Assembly (NCBI GenBank): GCA_964504985.1
Contig: CAZDFU010000005.1
Location: forward strand, 1-46,417
DNA: 46,417 nt
Direction: 5' to 3'
Source: an uncultured Gammaproteobacteria bacterium
GTDB taxonomy: Bacteria > Patescibacteriota > Microgenomatia > Daviesbacterales > UBA10151
The notes under the pieces are model-generated. The model was not told the DNA's origin. It did no database searches and saw only the letters and a program-made list of their open reading frames with translations. The position numbers and the translations under genes are program-made. Shown here piece after piece: positions 33,689-43,238 of this stretch; positions within the stretch are counted from its first letter, which is position 1, and each line of letters starts with the position of its first letter.

Positions 33689-35424
33689 TCCATAAAATAA
33701 TTGTTGGTAATTGGCAGCTTATCCTAATACTTTTACTGGCTTTAGTTCTGAGAGTTTGGCAGCTGGATAGAGTCCCTGTTTCTTTATTTGGAGATGAAGT
33801 TGATATTGGCTATCATGCAAACTCACTGTATAAAACCGGCAAAGACTATACAGGCCATATTTTGCCTCTGCATCTTCAGTCTCTGGCTGATTATAAATCG
33901 CCTTTATATGGTTATCTAATAATTCCAACAATAGCAATTTTTAACATATCTCCTCTTGGTGTGCGTCTTCCTGCTGCCATATTTGGCGTAGCAGGCATCT
34001 TACTATTTTATTTACTTTTGAACCAGATTTTTAAAAAGAAAGGGTTAGCACTTTTATCTGCTTTTTTACTAACTATTTCTCCTTGGCATTTTCACTATTC
34101 CAGGTGGGGATTTGAAGGTACTTTAATGTTAGTCTTATTTATGGCAGGATTACATTTTTTTCTAAGAGCATTAGATGAGGGAAAATGGTTAATTTTGTCT
34201 GTAATTTTTTTTGCATTAACACCACTGTCTTATCATTCAGCAAAAATTTTTCTCCCTATAACCTTTTTAATTCTTGGAATAATTTACAGGAATAGTATAA
34301 GAAGAATATCAAGGAAGTATTTAACTATTTCGGTAATTGCCTTTCTGGTAATAATTATTCCGTTTGCTTTTAGCACCCTATTTGGAGGCGGGACTAACAG
34401 ATTCTTATCAACCTCCATTTTTAATAGTAAAACAGCTTCTTCTGAAATAGGTTTTGATAGGCTCCGGGATGCAAGAATGCGCGACGCTGAATCTTTATTT
34501 GGAGATGAAGGTAATATTATAGACAGGTTGTTTCACAACAGGGCTATTTACTTTACATCAAATATTATAAATAACTACTTAGGGGCTTTTTCAACAAATT
34601 TTTTATTTATAAGGGGGGATCCTCAGCCTACTCATAATGTCATAGGTCATGGTGAATTCTATAAAATTGAGGCAGTATTTATATTACTAGGTTTAATCTT
34701 TTTAATTTTAAGGGTGGAGAATATAAGGTTAAAATTAGTTATTATATTTTGGATTTTAGCTGCTCCTTTGCCATCAATACTAACAAACGACGGAAGCTCT
34801 CATGCTTCACGGCTTCTCTTTTTACTTCTGCCTTTGATAATTCTCATAGCTTTAGGGATCTATAATTCATATTATTTTATAAGCCAAAAATATAGAAAAA
34901 TATTCGTGGTTACTTTATCATTGGTTTATTTCTTAAGCTTCATTTTTTATCAGCATAACTATTGGGTTCATTTTCCATGGGATTCCCAAAGATGGTGGCA
35001 TAGCGGGTTTAAAGATGCAATAGAGTCTGTAGTGGCAGAAAGCTCCAAATATGATAAAGTTATAATAAGTGCAGCAGAAGAGCCCCCTATGATTTTTTTC
35101 TTGGTTTGGTCATATTTTTCTCCATCTGAATTGCAAAAAAATTATCCTTTAAAAAAAGAAAAATTAGAACACTTTGGTATGGTTTCCAGATTAGGGAAAT
35201 ATTATTTTCCTCCCATAGGGATGGATAAACATTTGTATGAATTGGGATCCATATTACCGCCAAATTCCCTCTACCTTACCCCATTTAAAGAAATTGAACT
35301 TGATTTAATCAAAGAGCCCGCAAGGGTTCCGTCTGATTTGATTTTAGTTAAGGTAATCAAGCATCCTTCTGGGGAACCGGCATTTTATTTATTGGCTAAA
35401 AATGAAAACAAGAAAACAAATTAG
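33685..35424 (+). CDS. GT-C fold (ArnT/PMT-like) glycosyltransferase
   Basis: LRVWQL, LFGDEVDIGY, DYKSPLY, VRLP, ISPWHFHYSR, HASR. Confidence 0.8.
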   Translation: MIHKIIVGNWQLILILLLALVLRVWQLDRVPVSLFGDEVDIGYHANSLYKTGKDYTGHILPLHLQSLADYKSPLYGYLIIPTIAIFNISPLGVRLPAAIFGVAGILLFYLLLNQIFKKKGLALLSAFLLTISPWHFHYSRWGFEGTLMLVLFMAGLHFFLRALDEGKWLILSVIFFALTPLSYHSAKIFLPITFLILGIIYRNSIRRISRKYLTISVIAFLVIIIPFAFSTLFGGGTNRFLSTSIFNSKTASSEIGFDRLRDARMRDAESLFGDEGNIIDRLFHNRAIYFTSNIINNYLGAFSTNFLFIRGDPQPTHNVIGHGEFYKIEAVFILLGLIFLILRVENIRLKLVIIFWILAAPLPSILTNDGSSHASRLLFLLLPLIILIALGIYNSYYFISQKYRKIFVVTLSLVYFLSFIFYQHNYWVHFPWDSQRWWHSGFKDAIESVVAESSKYDKVIISAAEEPPMIFFLVWSYFSPSELQKNYPLKKEKLEHFGMVSRLGKYYFPPIGMDKHLYELGSILPPNSLYLTPFKEIELDLIKEPARVPSDLILVKVIKHPSGEPAFYLLAKNENKKTN

Positions 35425-36559
35425 CATTTTTGCTGCTATATTATTAGTTCATTTCTTTTTTTTGATATTTATTCAAAATAATCTATTCCCTATTCATTTT
35501 GACCCTAAAAAATTATTTGTTTTAGACTTAATTGGTAAAACTTTTATTATTCCCCAATGGTTATTTTATATATTAGAATTAGGAAACCTAATTCTGCTTT
35601 GGATAATAAGCAAAAGAATTTTTGGTAACTACTCTTTGATACTTCCCTTAATTTATGCTATTTCTCCATGGGGCAGCTATTTGGCAGCGGCAGGGTCTTT
35701 TTATATTTATCTTCTTTTTCTTGTACTTTTGGGTTTATATGGCTTTATTTTGCTTAAATCAAAAAAATTTATGGGATCAATTTTAGTTAGTGGAACAATA
35801 ATATTATTAGGGTATAGTTCTATATCTTTTTTATTTCTTATCCCAATTATTTTTATCCTTCCGGTTTTTAAATTAATTAGTTTCAAAGATTTAAAGTATT
35901 CCCTAATAATTATTTCTATTTTAATTTTACCTCTCCTTTTTCTAATACAAAAAAATAATATAGGTTTTAGGAATATCCTAAATAATGAGACTAAAATATT
36001 CTCTGATCCCGGCTTATTGAATATGATAAATAGCTATCAAGGGGCAGCTAGGCAAGAGAACTTAGGCGGTTTGGCTAAAATAAGCGAGAATAAATATTTA
36101 TTTTCTTTAGAAAACTTGATATTAAAATATACTAAACAACTTGTTCCTTCAAATTTTTTTACATCCCAGGAAAAGCTGCTAAACTTTTCTTTTACCCCTC
36201 CAATTTTTCTTGGTTTTTTAATCCCGTTTGTTTACGGTTTTTATCATTTATTAAAATTTCCCCAAATAAAATTAATACTTTTATCAACTTTACTTGTAAC
36301 TCCATCTGTTTTGTCCAGGTATGCAGTTGATTTAAACCGTTTAATTATTTTCTCTCCGGTAGTAATGATAATTATTTCATATGGATTAATAGGGTTAATT
36401 AAACAAAAAAAAAGAATTATAAAACTCTTTCTCTATATAAGTATTTTTTTTGTAGCCTTTCAGTTAATTGTTGTATTAAATGATATCCAAATCAGGGAAA
36501 AAGACAGGTTTACAAAATATTATGAGCTTGAAAGGAATTTTGAAGTAGGCAAGCAATGA
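35402..36559 (+). CDS. Degenerate ArnT-like GT-C paralog lacking the DE-containing first loop
   Basis: Shares ISPW and mid-protein similarity with its neighbours; no DE/KxP/RLP loop; 385 aa; overlaps both flanking genes. Confidence 0.55.
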   Translation: MKTRKQISIFAAILLVHFFFLIFIQNNLFPIHFDPKKLFVLDLIGKTFIIPQWLFYILELGNLILLWIISKRIFGNYSLILPLIYAISPWGSYLAAAGSFYIYLLFLVLLGLYGFILLKSKKFMGSILVSGTIILLGYSSISFLFLIPIIFILPVFKLISFKDLKYSLIIISILILPLLFLIQKNNIGFRNILNNETKIFSDPGLLNMINSYQGAARQENLGGLAKISENKYLFSLENLILKYTKQLVPSNFFTSQEKLLNFSFTPPIFLGFLIPFVYGFYHLLKFPQIKLILLSTLLVTPSVLSRYAVDLNRLIIFSPVVMIIISYGLIGLIKQKKRIIKLFLYISIFFVAFQLIVVLNDIQIREKDRFTKYYELERNFEVGKQ

Positions 36560-38190
36560 ATAAAAAATTACTGATTTTTTTAGTCCTAATTATCATTACT
36601 CTTTTGGGAGGCTTTTTAAGATTTTATAAAAATACTGAAAATCCTCCCAGTTTAAATGGGGATGAGGTGTCTATGGCATATGATGCTTTTTCGATACTGC
36701 AAACAGGAAGGGATCAGTATGGTAAGTTTATGCCCATAACTTTTAAATCAGTTGGTGATTATAAAAATCCTGTCCCCATATATCTGATGACAATCCCTAT
36801 CAAATTATTTGGTTTAAATGAGTTTGGCGTTAGATTCCAGAATGCTTTTTTTGGAACATTGATGATACCTCTTTTCTTCTTTTTTTTGAATAAAACAATA
36901 AAGAATAGAGTAATTACTCTGCTGGGCAGCTTTTTTCTTGCTGTTTCTTCCTGGCATATATTTTATTCAAGGGTTGAATATGAAACTTTAATAGCCTCTT
37001 TTTTTATTCTTTTAGGCATTTGGTTTTTTATTAAAATGCTTGACGGAGGAAAAGTTTGGGCAATGCTCTCTGCATTTTTTATGATGCTTACTATGTATAC
37101 TGCCCCAGCACCGCGTTTGTTTATACCTGTTTTTATACTTGTATTGTTAATCTTTTATCTTCCAAAGTTTAAAGTTAATAAAAATAATTTTTTGTTCTTT
37201 ATTTTAAGTTGTGTAATTTTAGGATTACCCCTTCTGTATGCAACATTATTTTTGGGAGCTGGGACTAGACTGTCAATGGTTCTTATTTCAAATGACATAG
37301 AGTTTCAAAGATATGTGTTACTTGAATATTTCCGGCCTTTGCTTGATCTGCCATTACTTCTTTTTTTCTGGATAAAAAGATATCTAAATTACCTGCAGCC
37401 TGAATTCTTATTTATTAACGGCCTAAATATAACTGCTCCTAATACTTTTGGACTGGGACTGTTTTATATATTTGAATTACCGTTATTTATAGTGGGGATT
37501 ATTGAACTGATAAAACGCAAAATTCCATATAAAGAAATTTTTATCATTTGGTTGTTAACAGGTATTATGCCAGATTCCATAACTAACAATCAGCTTCATG
37601 CTGGCAGGCTTTTACATATTGCTCCGGTATTAATGCTCATTCTCAGCTTAGGGGCCGTGCAGTCTTTTAAATGGCTTTTAGGTTTATCTAAAACTTATAT
37701 AAGGGTCTTATTATCAGGTGGATATATTATATTTGTGGTAATAGTTTTGATTCACGCTTTTTTAACCTTCTGGGTGCACTTTCCCAGGGCTAAGGGTGAA
37801 TCTATTGATGAGGGGTTAAAACAGGCAGCTTTATATATCCGGGACCATCAGGATGAATATAATGAAATAATCTTTGATCCAAGACGGGGCATTGAGGGGC
37901 CTTATCTTGTCAGCAACCCTTATCTTTATGTGCTTTTTTATACACAATATGATCCAAAAATTTATCAAACTGAAGCAAAAATATATAGTAAAGACAGTAA
38001 ATATTTCTATAAATTTAACAAATATACATTTAGAGAAATTGATTGGGGCGAGGATCAAAATAAAAAGAAAGTTTTGCTTATTGGCAGTCCCTGGAGTTTT
38101 TCCTCAGGTCTAAGAGAAGAGGATATCTTAGAGAAAATCTATATGTCTAACGGATATTTGGCATATTATATAGTTTCCCCCAAACCTTGA
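36556..38190 (+). CDS. GT-C fold (ArnT/PMT-like) glycosyltransferase
   Basis: FLRFY, LNGDEVSMAY, DYKNPVPIY, VRF, SSWHIFYSR, HAGR. Confidence 0.8.
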   Translation: MNKKLLIFLVLIIITLLGGFLRFYKNTENPPSLNGDEVSMAYDAFSILQTGRDQYGKFMPITFKSVGDYKNPVPIYLMTIPIKLFGLNEFGVRFQNAFFGTLMIPLFFFFLNKTIKNRVITLLGSFFLAVSSWHIFYSRVEYETLIASFFILLGIWFFIKMLDGGKVWAMLSAFFMMLTMYTAPAPRLFIPVFILVLLIFYLPKFKVNKNNFLFFILSCVILGLPLLYATLFLGAGTRLSMVLISNDIEFQRYVLLEYFRPLLDLPLLLFFWIKRYLNYLQPEFLFINGLNITAPNTFGLGLFYIFELPLFIVGIIELIKRKIPYKEIFIIWLLTGIMPDSITNNQLHAGRLLHIAPVLMLILSLGAVQSFKWLLGLSKTYIRVLLSGGYIIFVVIVLIHAFLTFWVHFPRAKGESIDEGLKQAALYIRDHQDEYNEIIFDPRRGIEGPYLVSNPYLYVLFYTQYDPKIYQTEAKIYSKDSKYFYKFNKYTFREIDWGEDQNKKKVLLIGSPWSFSSGLREEDILEKIYMSNGYLAYYIVSPKP

Positions 38191-38229
38191 CATTTTACTT
38201 AAATGTTTGAAGTTGATAATATCTAAACT

Positions 38230-39120
38230 ATGCCTCAAAAAATATCGGTGGTGATTAATACCTTAAATGAAGAAAAGAATATTTCTAGAGCCTTAAAGAG
38301 CGTAAAATGGGCAGATGAAATTGTGGTATGTGATATGCACTCTGCTGATAATACAGTGAAAATCGCCAAAGAGCATAATGCTAAAGTGGTTTATTATAAA
38401 AATACCCACTATGTTGAGCCTGCCAGAAATTATGCTATTTCAAAGACAAGTAACGATTGGATTCTGCTGCTGGATGCAGATGAAGAAATAAGTCTTTCCT
38501 TGGCAGAGAAAATCAAAGAAATAAAAGAGGGGAATGTGTCTTCTGAATATGTAGAAATCCCCAGAAAGAATATTATTTTTAATAAGTGGATGAAGGCTTC
38601 AATGTGGTGGCCTGATTATCAGATAAGATTGTTTAGAAAAGGCAGCGTTGTCTGGCAAGACGCAATTCATAGCAAGCCAACTACTAAAGGTTTAGGCTTA
38701 AAACTTCCTTCAGAAGAAGAATTGGCAATTATTCATCACAACTATCAAACAGTTTCTCAGTTTATTGAGAGAATGAACAGATACACAACAATTGAGGCGG
38801 AGTATCTAATTAAAGAAGGGTATAGTTTTAGATGGAATGACCTTTTGGAAAAACCATTAAATGAGTTTTTATCGAGATTTTTTGCAAACAAGGGGTATCT
38901 TGACGGATTGCACGGTCTGAGCCTGTCTCTTTTGCAAGCATTTTCTTTTCTGCTGGCTTACCTTAAGGTTTGGGAAAAGGTAAATTTTAAAGAAGCAGAT
39001 ATTGATTTAGCTGAGCTTGAAGAGGAAAAAAATAAAAATGGAACAGTTATCAATTATTGGTTTAGACAGCATAAGGGGGAAAATCCTTTTAGAAAGTTTA
39101 TTAAAGTATTTAGCAAATAA
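38230..39120 (+). CDS. GT2 glycosyltransferase (WaaE/KdtX-like beta-glycosyltransferase type)
   Basis: SVVINTLNEE, VVCDMHSAD, ARNYA, LLDADE, WPDYQIRLF, IHS, IIHHN, DGLHG. Confidence 0.88.
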   Translation: MPQKISVVINTLNEEKNISRALKSVKWADEIVVCDMHSADNTVKIAKEHNAKVVYYKNTHYVEPARNYAISKTSNDWILLLDADEEISLSLAEKIKEIKEGNVSSEYVEIPRKNIIFNKWMKASMWWPDYQIRLFRKGSVVWQDAIHSKPTTKGLGLKLPSEEELAIIHHNYQTVSQFIERMNRYTTIEAEYLIKEGYSFRWNDLLEKPLNEFLSRFFANKGYLDGLHGLSLSLLQAFSFLLAYLKVWEKVNFKEADIDLAELEEEKNKNGTVINYWFRQHKGENPFRKFIKVFSK

Positions 39121-39123
39121 CTT

Positions 39124-39930
39124 ATGTTAAGTGTAATAGTTCTTACGAAAAATGAGCAAGAAAGAATTGAGGCTTGTTTAGAATCAGTGAAGTGGGCCAA
39201 TGAAATAATAATTTCTGACAATGGCTCAGTAGATAATACAGTAGATATTGCAAAAAAATATACTGATAAAATTTTTAAAGTTAATTTTGACAATTTTGCA
39301 GATTGGCGTAATCATGCTATAGAAAAAGCAACAGGTGAGTGGGTGCTTTTTATTGATCCAGATGAGAGGGTTTTAAAACCATTAAAAAATGAGATAGAAG
39401 TTATGGTTACCTTTTCTGATTTTTCAGCTTATGCGCTTTCACGGAAGAATATCATCTTTGGCAGTAAAGTAAAATACGGCTCTTTTTGGCCTGATTGGGT
39501 AATTAGACTTCTTAAAAAAAGTGATTTTGAAGGTTGGGTAGGTAAAGTTCATGAATACCCTAAGTTTAAAGGAGGTTTAGGTTATAGCAAAAATTCTCTG
39601 CTGCATTTAACTCACAGGGATTTAGACCAGATTGTGTTAAAAAGTCTTGAATGGTCAAAAATAGATGCCAAATTAAGATTTGAGGCTAATCATCCAAAGA
39701 TGAGCGGACTCCGTTTTTTGAGGATTTTTCTAACTGAAATATTTAACCAGGGAATTTTAAGAAGGGGATTTTTTAACGGGTCAATAGGTATTATGGATTC
39801 ACTGCTGCAGGCGTTTAGTATGTATATGAGCTATGTAAGGCTTTGGGAAATGCAGCAACCAAAGCACCTAAAAGAGGTTTATAGGGAAATTGATAAAAAT
39901 TTGATAAAAAATGGATTTCTTGACGAATGA
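39124..39930 (+). CDS. GT2 glycosyltransferase (paralog of the previous gene)
   Basis: SVIVLTKNE, ISDNGSVD, RNHA, FIDPDE, WPDWVIRL, VHE, LLHLTH. Confidence 0.88.
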   Translation: MLSVIVLTKNEQERIEACLESVKWANEIIISDNGSVDNTVDIAKKYTDKIFKVNFDNFADWRNHAIEKATGEWVLFIDPDERVLKPLKNEIEVMVTFSDFSAYALSRKNIIFGSKVKYGSFWPDWVIRLLKKSDFEGWVGKVHEYPKFKGGLGYSKNSLLHLTHRDLDQIVLKSLEWSKIDAKLRFEANHPKMSGLRFLRIFLTEIFNQGILRRGFFNGSIGIMDSLLQAFSMYMSYVRLWEMQQPKHLKEVYREIDKNLIKNGFLDE

Positions 39931-40997
39931 AAATTGCCATTTATAGTCCTTATTTAGATACTGCTGGCGGGGGAGAAAAGTATGTTTTGACCATCGCTGA
40001 GATTTTATCTAAAAACCACCAGGTTTATCTATTATTGGACTCCCATTTAAAAAAAATTGGCATTGAAGATATCAAGAGAAAAATTATAAATCTTCACAAT
40101 CTTGATTTATCTAAAGTGGATTTTCTAGAAGCTCCGTTTGGAAAAGGCAACTCTTTTTTTAAAAGGCTTTTTTACTTACGGCGTTTTGACGTATTATTCT
40201 TTTTAACGGATGGAAGTATTTGTTACCCCACAGCTAAAAAGAATATACTGCATATACAATCGCCTTTAATAGGCGAGCCCGCTAACGGATTCTGGGGTAA
40301 AACAAAGTTAAGGGCATGGGATCTGATAATCTATAACTCCAAATTTACCCAAGATAATTCCCGGAAAAATTGGCCTATTAAATCACAAGTAATTTATCCG
40401 CCAATTGAAGTAGAGAAAATAAAGCCCTTAAAAAAGAAAAATTATATTTTATCTGTAGGAAGATTTTTTGGATATTTAAAGGATAAAAAACACGGGCTAT
40501 TAATTAAAACATTTAAAAGTCTTTACGGGAATAAAAAGACAGATGGTTGGAGTCTTCATTTAGCCGGGTCTGCAAGCGATGGAGATAAAGAGTATCTTCT
40601 GGAACTTAGAGAGTTAGCAAAGGGATTGCCTGTAAAGTTTTACCCAAACTTAAGTTATGATAATCTAATCAGATTATACGGAGAATCCAGCATCTATTGG
40701 CATGCCTCAGGATTTGGGGAAAGTGAACCGGTAAAAATGGAGCATTTTGGGATAGCTGCAGTTGAAGCCATGGCAGGGGGTTGTATTCCGGTTGTAATTA
40801 AGAAAGGCGGATTAATTGAGATAGTTGAGGATGGAAAGTCTGGTTTTCTCTGGGAGACTAAAGAGGATTTGATGGATTTTTCTATAAATTTAATAACAGA
40901 TGAAAAATTAAGAAGGGAAATCAGCAGAGAAGCTATAAAAAGGTCAGAAATTTTTAATAAAAGGATATTTGAACAAGCTATACTTAAATTAATCTGA
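39927..40997 (+). CDS. GT4 glycosyltransferase (GT-B fold)
   Basis: GGGEKY, NSKFT, IYPP, SVGRF...KKH, EHFGIAAVEAMAGG (EX7E). Confidence 0.92.
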   Translation: MKIAIYSPYLDTAGGGEKYVLTIAEILSKNHQVYLLLDSHLKKIGIEDIKRKIINLHNLDLSKVDFLEAPFGKGNSFFKRLFYLRRFDVLFFLTDGSICYPTAKKNILHIQSPLIGEPANGFWGKTKLRAWDLIIYNSKFTQDNSRKNWPIKSQVIYPPIEVEKIKPLKKKNYILSVGRFFGYLKDKKHGLLIKTFKSLYGNKKTDGWSLHLAGSASDGDKEYLLELRELAKGLPVKFYPNLSYDNLIRLYGESSIYWHASGFGESEPVKMEHFGIAAVEAMAGGCIPVVIKKGGLIEIVEDGKSGFLWETKEDLMDFSINLITDEKLRREISREAIKRSEIFNKRIFEQAILKLI

Positions 40998-40998
40998 A

Positions 40999-42501
40999 GT
41001 GAATATTAACAAGCTAAAAAAATATTTTAGGTCAAAAACTTTCCGTATACTGATTTTTTTGGCAGTTTTTTGTTTTACTTTTATCTTAAGGTCTCATAAC
41101 TATGAAAAAACACCAGGCGCTCTTCACTTAGATGAGATGTTGTATGCCTGGTCAGGGTTATATTTGATAGAAACAGGGACACCTGTTTCTTGGTCAACTC
41201 TGGATTATCCTAAAAGAGCAGAAGTTTTTAAGGGAATAATAAACTATAAAGGCGGACAACCAGAAACAAGTGTAATTTTATATAAACCATGGTTGGATGA
41301 ACCCCCTCTTTTTTCTTTGATAGTTGGATATTTTGCCCATATTTATAACGCAGACAGAGAAGACTTTATTCCATCTTCTTACATTAGAATGCCTGCCGTG
41401 ATATTTGCTGCATTGACATCAATCCTAATCTTTTTAATCACAAGATCCTTAAGCGGGTTTTGGACAGGGCTTCTTGCAATGACTATATATGGAACTGTTC
41501 CAATCTTCGTTTTTGCTTCCCGCGTTGCTTTGCCTGAAAATTTAATAGCCTTGCTTTTTGTTTTAATGGCCTATTTATTAATAAAATTCCAACAGCAGCC
41601 CAAGTTTAGGTATATATTGCCAATCCCTTTTATGGTTGGGATAGCAGGTTTATCAAAACCAACAGGTTTTTTCCTGATATTTATAGCTATATATATAACA
41701 TTTAAAAAATTATATGAAACAGCGGGAGTAAGGAAGGCAATAAAAAAGGCAGCATATCTAATTTTAGCAACAACCCCCTTTATTGGGTTGTTTATTCTCT
41801 ATGGACTCTATTATGATCCTGAAATCTTTTGGAGGATAACTTCTGTTCAGTCTTTTAGGCCGGTAGGTTTTAAGAATTTAGCTTGGTTTTTTGTATCCCC
41901 TTCATATGGAACACAGATTCTTGTGGATGGATGGTATATTTTTTGCCTTTTGGCAGCAGCGTATTTCTTAGTGGTTCCAAAAGAGGGTTTAAAAAAGATG
42001 ATAAGTTTGTTTTTTGTTTTTTGGGTTGGCGTTATAATGATAAGCGGAGGAGAGGGTGATCTTTTAGCATGGTACCGTTTCCCCGCATTCCCCTTTTTAG
42101 CAATACTGGGTGCATGGGGGTTGCAGCTGCTGGTTCAAAAATCAAATCTTTATACATCCTTTTTAGCAGTGGGCCTGCTTTTATCCGGCAGGTCTTTATT
42201 GGTAAATGCCTTTAGGCCAAATATTGCCCCGCTTAATTTTAGAATAATCTTGTCAATGCTGTTTTTGCCTTCTATCCTAGGATCTATTTTTGATAGTCTG
42301 TGGCTGCACAAGTTAACAAAAACGGTAATTGTTGGCGTTATGTTGGTTGGGATATACTTAAATATTGTTTATATTTATAATGAGTTTGAACTTGCATGTG
42401 AGAGTATATCTTGTCCTCTAGTTCCATCTACATTTTTGTCAGAGTTGCATTTTCCCCTGCTATGGAGATTTTTTGTTTTGGGAGTTCCAGCATATAAATA
42501 A
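40999..42501 (+). CDS. GT-C fold (ArnT-like) glycosyltransferase
   Basis: LDEMLY, DEPPLF, RMP, SR..PEN, SKPTG, YRF; polytopic; GTG start. Confidence 0.75.
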   Translation: MNINKLKKYFRSKTFRILIFLAVFCFTFILRSHNYEKTPGALHLDEMLYAWSGLYLIETGTPVSWSTLDYPKRAEVFKGIINYKGGQPETSVILYKPWLDEPPLFSLIVGYFAHIYNADREDFIPSSYIRMPAVIFAALTSILIFLITRSLSGFWTGLLAMTIYGTVPIFVFASRVALPENLIALLFVLMAYLLIKFQQQPKFRYILPIPFMVGIAGLSKPTGFFLIFIAIYITFKKLYETAGVRKAIKKAAYLILATTPFIGLFILYGLYYDPEIFWRITSVQSFRPVGFKNLAWFFVSPSYGTQILVDGWYIFCLLAAAYFLVVPKEGLKKMISLFFVFWVGVIMISGGEGDLLAWYRFPAFPFLAILGAWGLQLLVQKSNLYTSFLAVGLLLSGRSLLVNAFRPNIAPLNFRIILSMLFLPSILGSIFDSLWLHKLTKTVIVGVMLVGIYLNIVYIYNEFELACESISCPLVPSTFLSELHFPLLWRFFVLGVPAYK

Positions 42502-43238
42502 TGAAAAGTTTAAAAGTATTAATTGTTATGCCTGCATATAATGCGGAAAAGACTGTAGTTGATACTTTTAGTGAAATCCCCTCAGAATACCGCCAAAATA
42601 TAATACTTGTTGATGATCAAAGTAAGGATAAAACAGTTGAAGTTGCAAAGGAACTGGGGATCAAAGTTTTTACCCATACTAACAATTTAGGATACGGAGG
42701 AAATCAAAAAACATGCTATATAGAAGCATTAAAATCAAATGTTGATATTGTAATCATGTTACACCCGGATTATCAATATGATGCAACATTAATTGGGGAG
42801 CTTATTAGACCAATAATACAGAATAGATTTGATTTTATGTTCGGCTCAAGAATTCAAACAAAAGAGCACGCCCTTAAAGGGGGGATGCCTAAACTTAAGT
42901 ATTATGTTAACCGTGTGACATGTTTGATTGAAAATATACTGCTAGGGGTAAATTTTACAGAACATTTTTCAGGTTTTAGGGCATATTCTGTAAAAGTACT
43001 CCAAACCGTGCCTTTTCAAAAATTTTCTAATGATTTTGTTTTTGACCAACAAATGGTAATTTCTTCATTAAGTTTTGGGTTTAGGATAGGTGAAATAGCC
43101 ATACCCACCAGGTATCATGATAAGGCTTCATCCATACAATTTATAAAAGGGGTAAAATTTATTTTGCAAACTTTTTGGACAATATTATTATTCCGGTCGC
43201 ATAAACTAGGATTTATAAAAAGTAAACTTTTTAGATAA
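42501..43238 (+). CDS. GT2 DPM-synthase-like glycosyltransferase
   Basis: VMPAYNAEK, VDDQS, NLGYGGNQK, HPDYQY, FGSR, SGFRAY, FDQQ, EIAIPTRY. Confidence 0.88.
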   Translation: MKSLKVLIVMPAYNAEKTVVDTFSEIPSEYRQNIILVDDQSKDKTVEVAKELGIKVFTHTNNLGYGGNQKTCYIEALKSNVDIVIMLHPDYQYDATLIGELIRPIIQNRFDFMFGSRIQTKEHALKGGMPKLKYYVNRVTCLIENILLGVNFTEHFSGFRAYSVKVLQTVPFQKFSNDFVFDQQMVISSLSFGFRIGEIAIPTRYHDKASSIQFIKGVKFILQTFWTILLFRSHKLGFIKSKLFR

